NCBI GenBank assembly: GCA_041488275.1
Contig: JBGPOY010000002.1
Coordinates: forward strand, 80,872-144,871
Length of the DNA: 64,000 nucleotides
Origin: Candidatus Nanoarchaeia archaeon
GTDB lineage: Archaea > Nanobdellota > Nanobdellia > Woesearchaeales > ARS49
Direction: 5' to 3'
The notes under the pieces were generated by a model. It had not been told where the DNA came from. It worked only from the letters and a program-made list of their open reading frames with translations, and did no database searches. A program made the position numbers and the translations under genes. The first letter of the stretch is position 1, and each line of letters starts with the position of its first letter. Shown one piece after another: positions 33,869 through 42,701 of this stretch.

Positions 33869-35776
33869 ATGTCCAAGATTACGCTGACGTATCCTGACGG
33901 CAGCAAAAAAGAGTTTGAAAAAGGCGTCACCGGAATGTACGTCGCCGAAAGCATCGGCAAGCGCCTCGCGAGCGACGCGCTCTCCATTAAAGTAGACGAC
34001 CGCGTCCAATCCCTCACGCTCCCGATAGAAGCCAACTCAAAAATCAAGATTCTCACGTGGACGGACAAGGAAGGCAAGGAAACCTTCTGGCACTCCACCG
34101 CGCACGTGCTCGCCCACGCAATCAGCAGATTGTACCCGAACGCGAAGAACACCATCGGTCCGCCGGTTGAGGACGGATTTTTCTACGATTTCGACGACCT
34201 CAAAATCACGCCCGAAGACTTCCCGAAAATCGAAGCGGAAATGAAAAAGATTGTCGAAGCGAATTTCCCCATCGAAAAGCACGACTGGACGCTCGCCGAC
34301 ATCAAGAAGCATCAAGGCAACAACCCGTACAAGCTCCAGTTAGCACAAGAATTCACCGAGCGCGGCTGGAAACTCACGGCGTATAAGCAAGGAGAATTCA
34401 TTGACCTCTGCGAAGGCCCGCACGTTCCCAGCACAGGAGTCATCAAGGCGTTCAAACTCATCAAGCTCGCCGCCGCGTACTGGAAAGGCGACCAAAAGAA
34501 CAAGCAGCTGACGCGCGTCTACGGCATCGGATTCCCGTCGCAAAAAGACCTGACTGCGTGGACCACGCTTCAGGAAGAAGTCGCGAAGCGGGACCATAGA
34601 AAAATCGGCAAGGAGCTCGGCTTGTTTATGTTCCACGAATGGTCTCCCGGAAGCCCGTTCCTTCTGCCGCGCGGCACCGTCCTGTTCAACGAACTGCAAA
34701 ACTTTGTGCGCGCAGAATACGTCAAGCGCGGCTACACCGAAGTCATCACGCCGCAGCTCTACAACAAAGCGCTGTGGGAAACGTCAGGACACTGGCAGCA
34801 TTACCGCGACAACATGTTCACGATGACCATCGACGGCGAGGATTTCTCGCTCAAACCGATGAACTGTCCGAGCCACTGCCTGATTTACCGGGAACACGCG
34901 CACTCGTACCGCGACCTCCCGTTGAGAATCGCGGACTTCTGCTTCCTGCACCGCAACGAAGTCAGAGGAGCATTGGGCGGCATGACGCGCGTGCGCAAGT
35001 TCAGCCAGGACGACGCGCACATCTTCTGCCGCGTCGACCAGATTCAGGACGAAATTCATCAACTGCTCGACTTTGTCCGGTTCATTTACACGGACACGTT
35101 CAAGATGGAAGTCTCGGCAAGTCTGAGCACGAAGCCGCAGGATTCATTGGGCGACGCGCAGACGTGGCAGATGGCCGAAACCGCGCTTTCAGAAGCACTC
35201 AACAAGCAAAAAATCAAGTTCACCGTCAAAGCAGGCGAAGGCGCGTTCTACGGTCCGAAAATTGATTTCGAAGTCAAGGACGCGCTCGGAAGACTGTGGC
35301 AGCTCGCCACGATTCAGCTCGACTTCCAGATGCCGCAGCGCTTCAAGCTCGAATACGCAGACAAGGATAACACGCTGAAGACTCCTGTGATGATTCACCG
35401 CGCGATTCTCGGCTCGCTCGAGCGCTTCATGGGCGTGCTCGTCGAGCATTACGCGGGCAAGTTCCCGGTCTGGCTCGCGCCCGTCCAAGCAAGAATCCTC
35501 CCGCTCTCGGACAAGTTCAACGGCTACGCAGGAGAAGTCGGATTGCACTTGCGCAACCACAACATCCGCATCGAAGTCGACACGAGCGTGGAAACGCTGA
35601 ACAAGAAAGTCCGCAACGCCCAGCTCGACCAAATCCCGTACATCCTCGTCGTCGGCGAAAAAGAAATGGCTGCGAAATCCGTCGCAGTGCGCACCCGCGA
35701 CGGCAAAGTCCACGGCGAAGTCGCCACCGGCAAGTTTATTGACGCCTTACTCCGCGAGATTGCGGAGAAGAAGTAG
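33869..35776 (+). CDS. thrS: Threonine--tRNA ligase, bacterial type (TGS + editing + catalytic + anticodon-binding domains)
   Basis: ITLTYPDGS TGS start, HSTAHVLAHA and DLCEGPHV editing motifs, RDHRKIG, PMNCPSHC, LHRNE, FYGPKID and MIHRAILGSLERF. Confidence 0.98.
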   Translation: MSKITLTYPDGSKKEFEKGVTGMYVAESIGKRLASDALSIKVDDRVQSLTLPIEANSKIKILTWTDKEGKETFWHSTAHVLAHAISRLYPNAKNTIGPPVEDGFFYDFDDLKITPEDFPKIEAEMKKIVEANFPIEKHDWTLADIKKHQGNNPYKLQLAQEFTERGWKLTAYKQGEFIDLCEGPHVPSTGVIKAFKLIKLAAAYWKGDQKNKQLTRVYGIGFPSQKDLTAWTTLQEEVAKRDHRKIGKELGLFMFHEWSPGSPFLLPRGTVLFNELQNFVRAEYVKRGYTEVITPQLYNKALWETSGHWQHYRDNMFTMTIDGEDFSLKPMNCPSHCLIYREHAHSYRDLPLRIADFCFLHRNEVRGALGGMTRVRKFSQDDAHIFCRVDQIQDEIHQLLDFVRFIYTDTFKMEVSASLSTKPQDSLGDAQTWQMAETALSEALNKQKIKFTVKAGEGAFYGPKIDFEVKDALGRLWQLATIQLDFQMPQRFKLEYADKDNTLKTPVMIHRAILGSLERFMGVLVEHYAGKFPVWLAPVQARILPLSDKFNGYAGEVGLHLRNHNIRIEVDTSVETLNKKVRNAQLDQIPYILVVGEKEMAAKSVAVRTRDGKVHGEVATGKFIDALLREIAEKK

Positions 35777-36949
35777 TTTCTCGCCGCGATACTCCGCGCG
35801 TGCATACGCAACCACGTTTCTTTTCACCATCTCTGCAACATCCGCGTACGATTTTCCTTTCAGTTGCCGCGCGAACTCCCCGTCGTTGAGCTCCCAGGGA
35901 AGTTTGACGTTCGTTTCGTATTTGCGGCGGTGCATGCGGACTGCGTCGGTCAATTCTTCCGTTGTCGGCATCTCCATTCTGATTATTTTGCTCAGCCGCG
36001 GCGGGCGCAGCAGCGCTGCATCGACGTTCTTCTCCAAGTTCGTCGCCGCAATGATTATCCTGTCTTTCCGCGTTCCCACGCCGTCCAACTCGGCGCACAT
36101 CGTTCCGACCAGTGACGCGGTCGCCTCGTGCGTGTCCATCGCCCGTGAACGTCCGAGCGCGTCAATCTCGTCGAGAAACACGACGCCCGAAACGTCCAGT
36201 TTCCGTTTCAGATTCTTCGCGCTCGTGCCGTACATGCACGACAATACGCCAGGAATCCGGATTTCGTGGAACGGCAAGTCGACTTCATTGGCGAACGCCT
36301 TGACCAAATACGTTTTGCCGCAGCCCGGAGGTCCGGCGAGCAGCACCGACGCCTCCAACGGGTTCAGGTTATACTTCGCGAACGTCTCTGTGTGCCGAAG
36401 GTCCTCGGCAATCGCCATCAGCTCTCGCTTTGCGGGATTGTTTCCCGCGACGTCGGAAAACCGCACGCGTTCCGTCATCTTTCGCGGCGCCATTTCATTT
36501 CCCTGCAGCGCGCAGAAATAGCGTTTCGTCAGCTGAATCAGTTCGTGCGCGTCGCTCGCGTGCCGCACGCCTTCGATGTACGATGACACGGCGCTTTGCA
36601 CGACCAAGCGGCTCCGGATGTCCGGATCGGTCGCGTACACATCCGTTTTGAGCGGAGCGAACGCGTTTTCCTCGTCGAGCAGACTATCATCCGCCTGCGG
36701 GCACGCGCGCAGTAGCGTTTCGATGCCGGCGTTCGCTCCCGTGCGCGCGGCGCGCAACTCTTCGGCGGCAAGTGCTTTGCGGTCCTCGCCGATAAGCTTG
36801 CGCGCGCACAAATAGGCGCCCGTGAACGCGTGCCACGCCTCGTCGACAATCGCGGCCGCGTCTGATTTTCTCAGCCGGGCGTCCAACGCCTCGCGAATCT
36901 GTCCCGACGCGTGCACTGCTTCCAGCAAAAGCGCGCCGTCACGCGCCAT
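35747..36949 (-). CDS. Classic-clade AAA ATPase, single module with helical N-terminal domain
   Basis: VRFSDVAG..AKREL, Walker A GPPGCGKT, pore loop MYG, Walker B VFLDEID, SRH AATN..VDAALLRPPR. No TM and no protease domain. Confidence 0.9.
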   Translation of the reverse strand: MARDGALLLEAVHASGQIREALDARLRKSDAAAIVDEAWHAFTGAYLCARKLIGEDRKALAAEELRAARTGANAGIETLLRACPQADDSLLDEENAFAPLKTDVYATDPDIRSRLVVQSAVSSYIEGVRHASDAHELIQLTKRYFCALQGNEMAPRKMTERVRFSDVAGNNPAKRELMAIAEDLRHTETFAKYNLNPLEASVLLAGPPGCGKTYLVKAFANEVDLPFHEIRIPGVLSCMYGTSAKNLKRKLDVSGVVFLDEIDALGRSRAMDTHEATASLVGTMCAELDGVGTRKDRIIIAATNLEKNVDAALLRPPRLSKIIRMEMPTTEELTDAVRMHRRKYETNVKLPWELNDGEFARQLKGKSYADVAEMVKRNVVAYARAEYRGEKLLLLRNLAE

Positions 36950-38117
36950 ACGCTTCTCGTCGGGCGCGGTCGATGATTTCGCGCACCGAGTTCCGCACTT
37001 CGCCGTTCACGTTCTCGAGCGCGTTCGACAACTCTTCGCACCGCGCCTGGTCTTTCGTCGAAAACGTGTAGCCGGGCGCGATGTCGAGCTTCAGCAGGTC
37101 GACGTTTGCTTCGTCCTGTCCCGTCGTGAATTCGGCGATGCCCTGCCCGAACCCTTGGTACTTCTTGACCAGTTCCAAGCCGCGCAGCGGCACGTCGATA
37201 TCAACAATGTCCGTGTGCCGGACGCGGAAGTCTCTCAGGAATTCCTGGTCGCACTTCAACCGCGTGTCGAGCTGGTCGAGCACATGAGCGGCCATCCGCA
37301 TGCTCGCGTGGTTGCGCTTCGCGTACTGCAAAAATACCCAGGTGTGGCGGATTTTTCCTGCTAGTTCGTCGTAGCGTTTCTGCGTCGGCGCCAAGTCCTT
37401 CGCGACGCACGCGCCAATGTCCCTGCCTGCGTTGTATTCCTCGCGCGTGACTCCCTGCTTGTGACGCTCGCGCTCCAAATCCAGCTGTTTCTTCGTCGCG
37501 AGCAGGTACTTCTCGCACGACTCGAACTCGTCGCCGAACTTCAGTAAATTTTCGTAGAGTTTGTTCCTGTCATCTTCGAGCGCGTATTCTTTCGCGCGCG
37601 CCTTCCGCAGTTCACCCGCGTTTTCGTCAATCGCGCTTTGGTACTCGCCCACAATCTGGTCGATTCTCCGGAACGTGAGCGTCTTGCGCTTCTCCTCGAC
37701 AAACGTCACGGCAAAATCAGTCCTGCGACCGACGCTCTCCACAATTTTGTCCGCGACGGAATACGCTGCACGCTGCAGTTTCTCAGGCAGCGTCAAATAC
37801 GCGCTCAAGTCGTTCGCCGTTGGATGCGCGCCGGAGTCGTGCTTCAGCACGAGCCCGCTCAGCGTTACGTAAAGATCGTCGACTTTTGATTTGTAGCTGC
37901 TCAGCTTGCTCTGCGTCACTTGCGTTTTCTCGACGCTGACGGCGTTGTGGTTTTGGTCGACGTACGCCTGCCGGTCTTCGGGGCTCTTGGAATTCCACAG
38001 CCCGATGGCGGCGATACGGCTGCTGACGTCGCCTTTTGCTCGCGCGACCGCGACAAAGTCGTCCATCGCGCGGTCGTCCACGCGGGAATCGATGGATTCG
38101 TGTTGTCCGTTGTTCAT
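36939..38117 (-). CDS. Long coiled-coil protein, possibly distant TelA/KlaA-like
   Basis: Start MNNGQH at 38117 (ATGA-coupled). All-helical; IDQIVGEY...NKLYENLLKFGDEFESCEKYLLATKKQL recalls the TelA core. Confidence 0.6.
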   Translation of the reverse strand: MNNGQHESIDSRVDDRAMDDFVAVARAKGDVSSRIAAIGLWNSKSPEDRQAYVDQNHNAVSVEKTQVTQSKLSSYKSKVDDLYVTLSGLVLKHDSGAHPTANDLSAYLTLPEKLQRAAYSVADKIVESVGRRTDFAVTFVEEKRKTLTFRRIDQIVGEYQSAIDENAGELRKARAKEYALEDDRNKLYENLLKFGDEFESCEKYLLATKKQLDLERERHKQGVTREEYNAGRDIGACVAKDLAPTQKRYDELAGKIRHTWVFLQYAKRNHASMRMAAHVLDQLDTRLKCDQEFLRDFRVRHTDIVDIDVPLRGLELVKKYQGFGQGIAEFTTGQDEANVDLLKLDIAPGYTFSTKDQARCEELSNALENVNGEVRNSVREIIDRARREAYGA

Positions 38118-38347
38118 TTTCGTTCCCTCAGGTAGTCGCGTTTTTCCTTGACGCGGTCTTCCAGCCATTCCAATCCGCGCGTCGTGTAGTGCAGCGTGTC
38201 CTGCGTGAGTTTCAGCCCTGTTTCGGCGGCTCGCTCGAGCGAGCTCGGCGGCTGTTTCTTTGTTTCACAGCTCGCGAGCGTGTACAGCCCCGCGACCGTG
38301 ATGCCGCCGTACACGGCAATGTTCTTGACCAGTTTGCAGATGCCCAT
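38114..38347 (-). CDS. Small membrane protein or lipoprotein
   Basis: Hydrophobic N-terminus with YTLAS|C lipobox-like motif, followed by an amphipathic helix. Confidence 0.6.
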   Translation of the reverse strand: MGICKLVKNIAVYGGITVAGLYTLASCETKKQPPSSLERAAETGLKLTQDTLHYTTRGLEWLEDRVKEKRDYLRERK

Positions 38348-38525
38348 GGTATAATCACCAATCGTTAACGAGTGACTGCCTTTTAGGTGGGTTGCGCCTC
38401 AGAAGACGGAAGAATTGCGGCCAGCGCCGTAAAACAGGCTCTCCGGCAGTATGGTCGTTCGTCATTCTTGGTTGGAGTAAGACTTATAAACCATAAGACC
38501 TGTTCTTCGGGAAAAGGGTGATTGA

Positions 38526-39233
38526 TTGGGAGACGAAACACTGATTCCGGCGTTCGTGCAGGCCTATGCGGTCGGGCACGTCGCGATGGAGTCCGGCGAT
38601 AAGGGCGCGGCAGTCAAGGCATATCAGGACTTGCTGGCGAGCTACAAGCTCATCACGACCAGTTCTTTAGGGAAACCGCACAAGGACCTCGCGTACCAGC
38701 AAGTGCAGTCGCTCTACCACGACATTCAATCAATGCCTTCGGCAACCGTGTTGAAGAATGCCTCTCCCGTCAAGACTGCTTCAACGGCTCCCGTGGAATC
38801 ATCATACGCGTCAACGCAATCCTCCGCTGCCAAAGACTCCGCTCCTCGCGATTCCTTCCTTTCCAAACTTTCTCCGCGCGATTACGTCACGCTGAGCTTC
38901 TTCGCAGTATTAATCGTGCTCGTCCTGTTTGTCAAGCCCGAGTTTCTCGGTTTTGCCGCAGGCACGCCGAACGCCGCTCCGAGATGGTACGCGCCGACGA
39001 CGCTCACGGCAACCGCAGGACAGGCGTTTGTCTTTGATTTGTCGACGGCGTTCCGCGACCCCGACGGCGAGACGCTCGTCTATCTCGCGTCCGGAAGTCC
39101 GGGACTGCAAGTCACGATTCGCGGCAGCGTCGTTTCCGTGCTTCCGTCCGCGGCGGGCAATTACGTTCTGACGATGATGGCGAGCGACCTGTCGCACACG
39201 ACAAAAGTGCCGGTCGCGCTCCAGGTCTCCTGA
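38526..39233 (+). CDS. Type II membrane protein: helical (MIT/TPR-like) N-domain, S/T/A linker, TM, cadherin-like Ig domain
   Basis: ESGDKGAAVKAYQDLL helical repeat, TM VTLSFFAVLIVLVLFV, NAAP...AFRDPDGETLVY...MMASD. Confidence 0.7.
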   Translation: MGDETLIPAFVQAYAVGHVAMESGDKGAAVKAYQDLLASYKLITTSSLGKPHKDLAYQQVQSLYHDIQSMPSATVLKNASPVKTASTAPVESSYASTQSSAAKDSAPRDSFLSKLSPRDYVTLSFFAVLIVLVLFVKPEFLGFAAGTPNAAPRWYAPTTLTATAGQAFVFDLSTAFRDPDGETLVYLASGSPGLQVTIRGSVVSVLPSAAGNYVLTMMASDLSHTTKVPVALQVS

Positions 39234-39239
39234 GGCCCG

Positions 39240-42200
39240 ATGGCCAAGACCTCGTTTATTCTCACAACAATTCTCGTAGTAGTCCTTGCGCTTGCGTTCA
39301 CGGTTTCGCCATCCATTACGGGTAACGTCGCAGGCGCGCAAAAGCAACGCGCACCGCGCGAGACTGCTCCTCCCGCGTCGTTTCCCGCCATCGACCCCGC
39401 GATTGACGCCGCATTGAACGCAAACGGCAAGGCAAAAGTCATCATCACGCTCAAACCCGACACGACCGCAATCGCCGTCGAGGGGCTCACGCCGCGCCAG
39501 CAAAAAATTCATTCAGTCCAGCAAAAACTGCTCGCGCGCATCACCAACGCGAGCGGCATCGCCGACACAGAAACCGAAAACGTCCGTACGCTCACCAACG
39601 CTCCGGTCATCACCGCAACCTTGGGCAGGCGCGCCATCGCGATTCTCACGTCAAGCCCCGAAATTCAATCAGTCCAGCTCGCGCGCACGCTCAGCATCGA
39701 CCTCACCACGACCGTGAACGTCATCAAAGCCAGCAACGTCTGGGGCGAAGTCGTCAACGGCGTCAACGTCACGGGCGCCGGGCAGAGCATCTGCGTCATC
39801 GACACCGGAATCGACCCGAGCCACGCCACGTTTGCGGGAAAAATCGTTGACCAGCATTGCTACTGCGACAACAACTGCTGCCAAGGACTGAACGAGTCAA
39901 CCAACGCCACCGACGACAACAGCCACGGCACGCACGTCGCCAGCACGGCAATGGGCAACGGCGGCGGCGTCATCGGCGTCGCAAAGGGCGCGAGCGTCGT
40001 CGCGATGAAAGTCTGCGACAGCGGCGGCAGCTGCTCCGACTCCGACATCGCGCTCGCCATCGACTACTGCATCAACAAGTCATCCCAATACAACATCAGC
40101 GTCATTACGATGAGCCTGAGCGACGGCGGCGCGTACGCGACGCAGGGCAGCTGTCCGACAGGAATGGACGCGCTGATTTCTTCCGCAATCTCAAACAACA
40201 TCTTCGTTACTGCGGCGTCCGGTAACCAGTTCAGCACGACCGGCATCGGCTACCCCTCGTGTTCCCCGAACGCGACGAGCGTGGGCGCAACGACGCACGA
40301 CGGCAGCAGCATTGAAACGTCGTACAGCAACCGCGGGCCGCTGCTCGACGTCGTTGCACCGGGAACGAGCGTCGTCGCCGCAAACCTCGGCGGCGGAACC
40401 ATTGCAAAAACAGGAACGAGCATGGCAACGCCGCACGTCGCGGGCGTCGGCGCATTGCTCGCCCAAAATGCGCGCCTCCACAACCAGACCTTTGACCCGC
40501 AGTTGGCGGAACAGATTTTGAAAGAGACGGCACAGTCCTCATCAAGTTTCAGACTCGTCAACGTCCAAGCCGCGTTGCTGCGTTTCAATTCTAACTACAC
40601 CTACAACAGCACCAACAATTCGCTCGCGAACCCGAGCGTCGGGCGCGTGTTCTTCCGCGGAACGCAGAACGTCAGCCGATTGGCGGACTGCTTCAATCTC
40701 ACGGCGAACAACATCACGCTGCGCGACACGAACGCGAACTGCACGCAGTTCAACAACTCCGCGACGGTTCGGCTTGAAAACCTGCCGTTCCACGACGCCA
40801 AACCGTTCCTCAACGGCGCGCCGTGCTCCTCGCTCGAATGCCAGAACAAAACCGTCAACAACGGCGCGCTTACCTTTGATGTCACGCACTTCTCGAGTTA
40901 TACTGCCGGCACGGCCGCGAATCTCTCGATTTCCGACGACACGGACAACGAGAGCCGATTCATCGGCGACCAAGTCACCTTCCGCGCGAACTTCAGCAAC
41001 TCCACGGGACCGGTCAACACGACCGCGGGCGCGTGCCTTATCGCCATCAACAGCACCGGCGCTTACGGCGCGTTCCAAAACATGACCTCGACGAACGGCG
41101 CGTACCGGTACAACCAATCGTTCGCTTCAGTATTCACCGGCACGTACAACGTGACGTGCACGAGTTTCAACGAAACGCTTTCTACTGTCGACGGCGTCAA
41201 CCTGACAACGGACGCGCTCGCTCCCGTCGTCACGCTCCTCGCGCCGGCAAGCACCGTGACCACAAGCAGATTCGTCCGCTTCACGTACAACGTCAGCGAC
41301 AACAGCACGCTCCAGAATTGCGCGCTCTACCTCAACAGCACGTTGAACTCGACCAACACGAATGTCGTGAGGAACATCAATCAAACTTTCAACGTCACGC
41401 TGATGAACGGGAACTATTCGTGGAACGTCACCTGCACGGACGCAAGCGGCAACATCGGTTCAACCGCGACAACCGTGCTTGTCAACGTCACGAATTTCGC
41501 ACCGTACCTTCTCACGCCGATTGCCAACAAAACGTTCACGGAAGACACGAACACAACCGCCAATCTCTCGGCGGCGTTCAACGACAGCAACGGCGACCCG
41601 CTCACGTTCACGTCGGTCGCGAGCCTGAACATCAGCGTCGCCATCGACAACACGACCGGCGTCGCGACGCTTTTGCCGCTCGCGAACTGGTCGGGCTCAG
41701 GCAGCGTCGTCTTCACCGCGATTGACGTCGTCGGCGCGGGCAACACGTCAAACAATGTCTCCATCAACGTCACGTTCGTCAATGACGCTCCTTCATTGCA
41801 ATCCTCCCTCCCGAGCCAGAGCTGGTCGAGCGCGAGCAACGACAACGCGTTCGACCTCGACACCTATTTCACGGACTCGGACAACGCGACGCTCCTCTTT
41901 ACGAGCAACGGCACGAGCAGCATCACTGTCAGCATCGACCCGTCGACGCACGCCGTGAACTTCACGCAGTCCTCAGGATTCACGGGCACGGAACTCGTGA
42001 CGTTTACCGCCAGCGACGGCAGTTTGAGCACGCTCAGCAACCTCGTCACGCTCACAGTTTCATCGTCGGGCGGCGGCGGGGGCGGAGGAGGCGGAGGCGG
42101 TGGCGGCGGAGGCAGCAGCTGCGTCGACACGTGCACCGTTTCGGGAACGCACCTCGGCTGCACCGCGGCAGGGCAAGATATCCAGTGCGGCTACGGTTCA

Positions 42201-42620
42201 ACCTTGTGCCTGCATCCCATCACGCTCGACTGCGCCGCGGGAACCACCTGTCAGTCAGACGGCTGCGCCAAGAAAATCTGCTCGGAAGAATGGTTCTGCG
42301 ACGAGTGGACTGCGTGCGCGGACGGAAAGCAGACGCGCGACTGCACCGAAGCCAACGCGTGCGGCACCGAACTCGCGAAACCCGCGATGACGCGCAACTG
42401 CACAATCGAACCGAAAACCTACGAAATCCAAACGCCCGCTGCAACCGACCAACCGATTGAAGTCATCAACACAACGTGCGTCGGAAACGCCTGCGCGAAC
42501 GTCACGAGCTCCGTTGTCGGGCCGGGAGCAATCGAACTGAAGGCGGTCATCATCGGACTCATCACCTTGCTGATGGGTTCCTACCTGTTTTTCCGCTTTC
42601 ACCGCTTCAGCAAGCACTAA
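39240..42620 (+). CDS. Secreted, membrane-anchored S8 (subtilisin-like) serine protease with Ig/cadherin-like repeats, poly-Gly linker and Cys-rich domain
   Basis: Catalytic triad VIDTG, HGTHVA and GTSMATPHVAG. Propeptide, NDSNGD and TDSDN repeats, 15-Gly run, WFCDEWTAC..QTRDC, and a C-terminal TM. Confidence 0.93.
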   Translation: MAKTSFILTTILVVVLALAFTVSPSITGNVAGAQKQRAPRETAPPASFPAIDPAIDAALNANGKAKVIITLKPDTTAIAVEGLTPRQQKIHSVQQKLLARITNASGIADTETENVRTLTNAPVITATLGRRAIAILTSSPEIQSVQLARTLSIDLTTTVNVIKASNVWGEVVNGVNVTGAGQSICVIDTGIDPSHATFAGKIVDQHCYCDNNCCQGLNESTNATDDNSHGTHVASTAMGNGGGVIGVAKGASVVAMKVCDSGGSCSDSDIALAIDYCINKSSQYNISVITMSLSDGGAYATQGSCPTGMDALISSAISNNIFVTAASGNQFSTTGIGYPSCSPNATSVGATTHDGSSIETSYSNRGPLLDVVAPGTSVVAANLGGGTIAKTGTSMATPHVAGVGALLAQNARLHNQTFDPQLAEQILKETAQSSSSFRLVNVQAALLRFNSNYTYNSTNNSLANPSVGRVFFRGTQNVSRLADCFNLTANNITLRDTNANCTQFNNSATVRLENLPFHDAKPFLNGAPCSSLECQNKTVNNGALTFDVTHFSSYTAGTAANLSISDDTDNESRFIGDQVTFRANFSNSTGPVNTTAGACLIAINSTGAYGAFQNMTSTNGAYRYNQSFASVFTGTYNVTCTSFNETLSTVDGVNLTTDALAPVVTLLAPASTVTTSRFVRFTYNVSDNSTLQNCALYLNSTLNSTNTNVVRNINQTFNVTLMNGNYSWNVTCTDASGNIGSTATTVLVNVTNFAPYLLTPIANKTFTEDTNTTANLSAAFNDSNGDPLTFTSVASLNISVAIDNTTGVATLLPLANWSGSGSVVFTAIDVVGAGNTSNNVSINVTFVNDAPSLQSSLPSQSWSSASNDNAFDLDTYFTDSDNATLLFTSNGTSSITVSIDPSTHAVNFTQSSGFTGTELVTFTASDGSLSTLSNLVTLTVSSSGGGGGGGGGGGGGGGSSCVDTCTVSGTHLGCTAAGQDIQCGYGSTLCLHPITLDCAAGTTCQSDGCAKKICSEEWFCDEWTACADGKQTRDCTEANACGTELAKPAMTRNCTIEPKTYEIQTPAATDQPIEVINTTCVGNACANVTSSVVGPGAIELKAVIIGLITLLMGSYLFFRFHRFSKH
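42069..42113 (+). repeat. (GGN)15 poly-glycine codon run
   Basis: ggc ggc ggc ggg ggc gga gga ggc gga ggc ggt ggc ggc gga ggc, in frame in the protease. Confidence 0.9.
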
Positions 42621-42652
42621 ACGGGCTTCTTTCACCATATAGTTAGTGTTAG

Positions 42653-42663
42653 CAACATTTATA
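42653..42663 (+). promoter_or_regulatory. BRE/TATA-like promoter of module 1 (CAACATTTATA)
   Basis: An identical 11-mer lies upstream of the paralogous gene at 50665-50675. About 40 bp before the start codon. Confidence 0.6.
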
Positions 42664-42701
42664 TACTGAAAACCAGGATTCCCCGAACATAAAAGAGGGT
42701 T

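Noticed and set aside
35747-36949. Calling the AAA ATPase FtsH, PAN or CdvC/Vps4
   Set aside because: There is no TM or HExxH protease domain (FtsH) and no coiled-coil/OB N-domain or HbYX tail (PAN). I cannot confirm a MIT domain or beta-domain (CdvC), so it is left as an unassigned classic AAA.
42069-42113. G-rich tract as a G-quadruplex or VNTR element
   Set aside because: It is fully explained as an in-frame poly-Gly linker with mixed synonymous codons.
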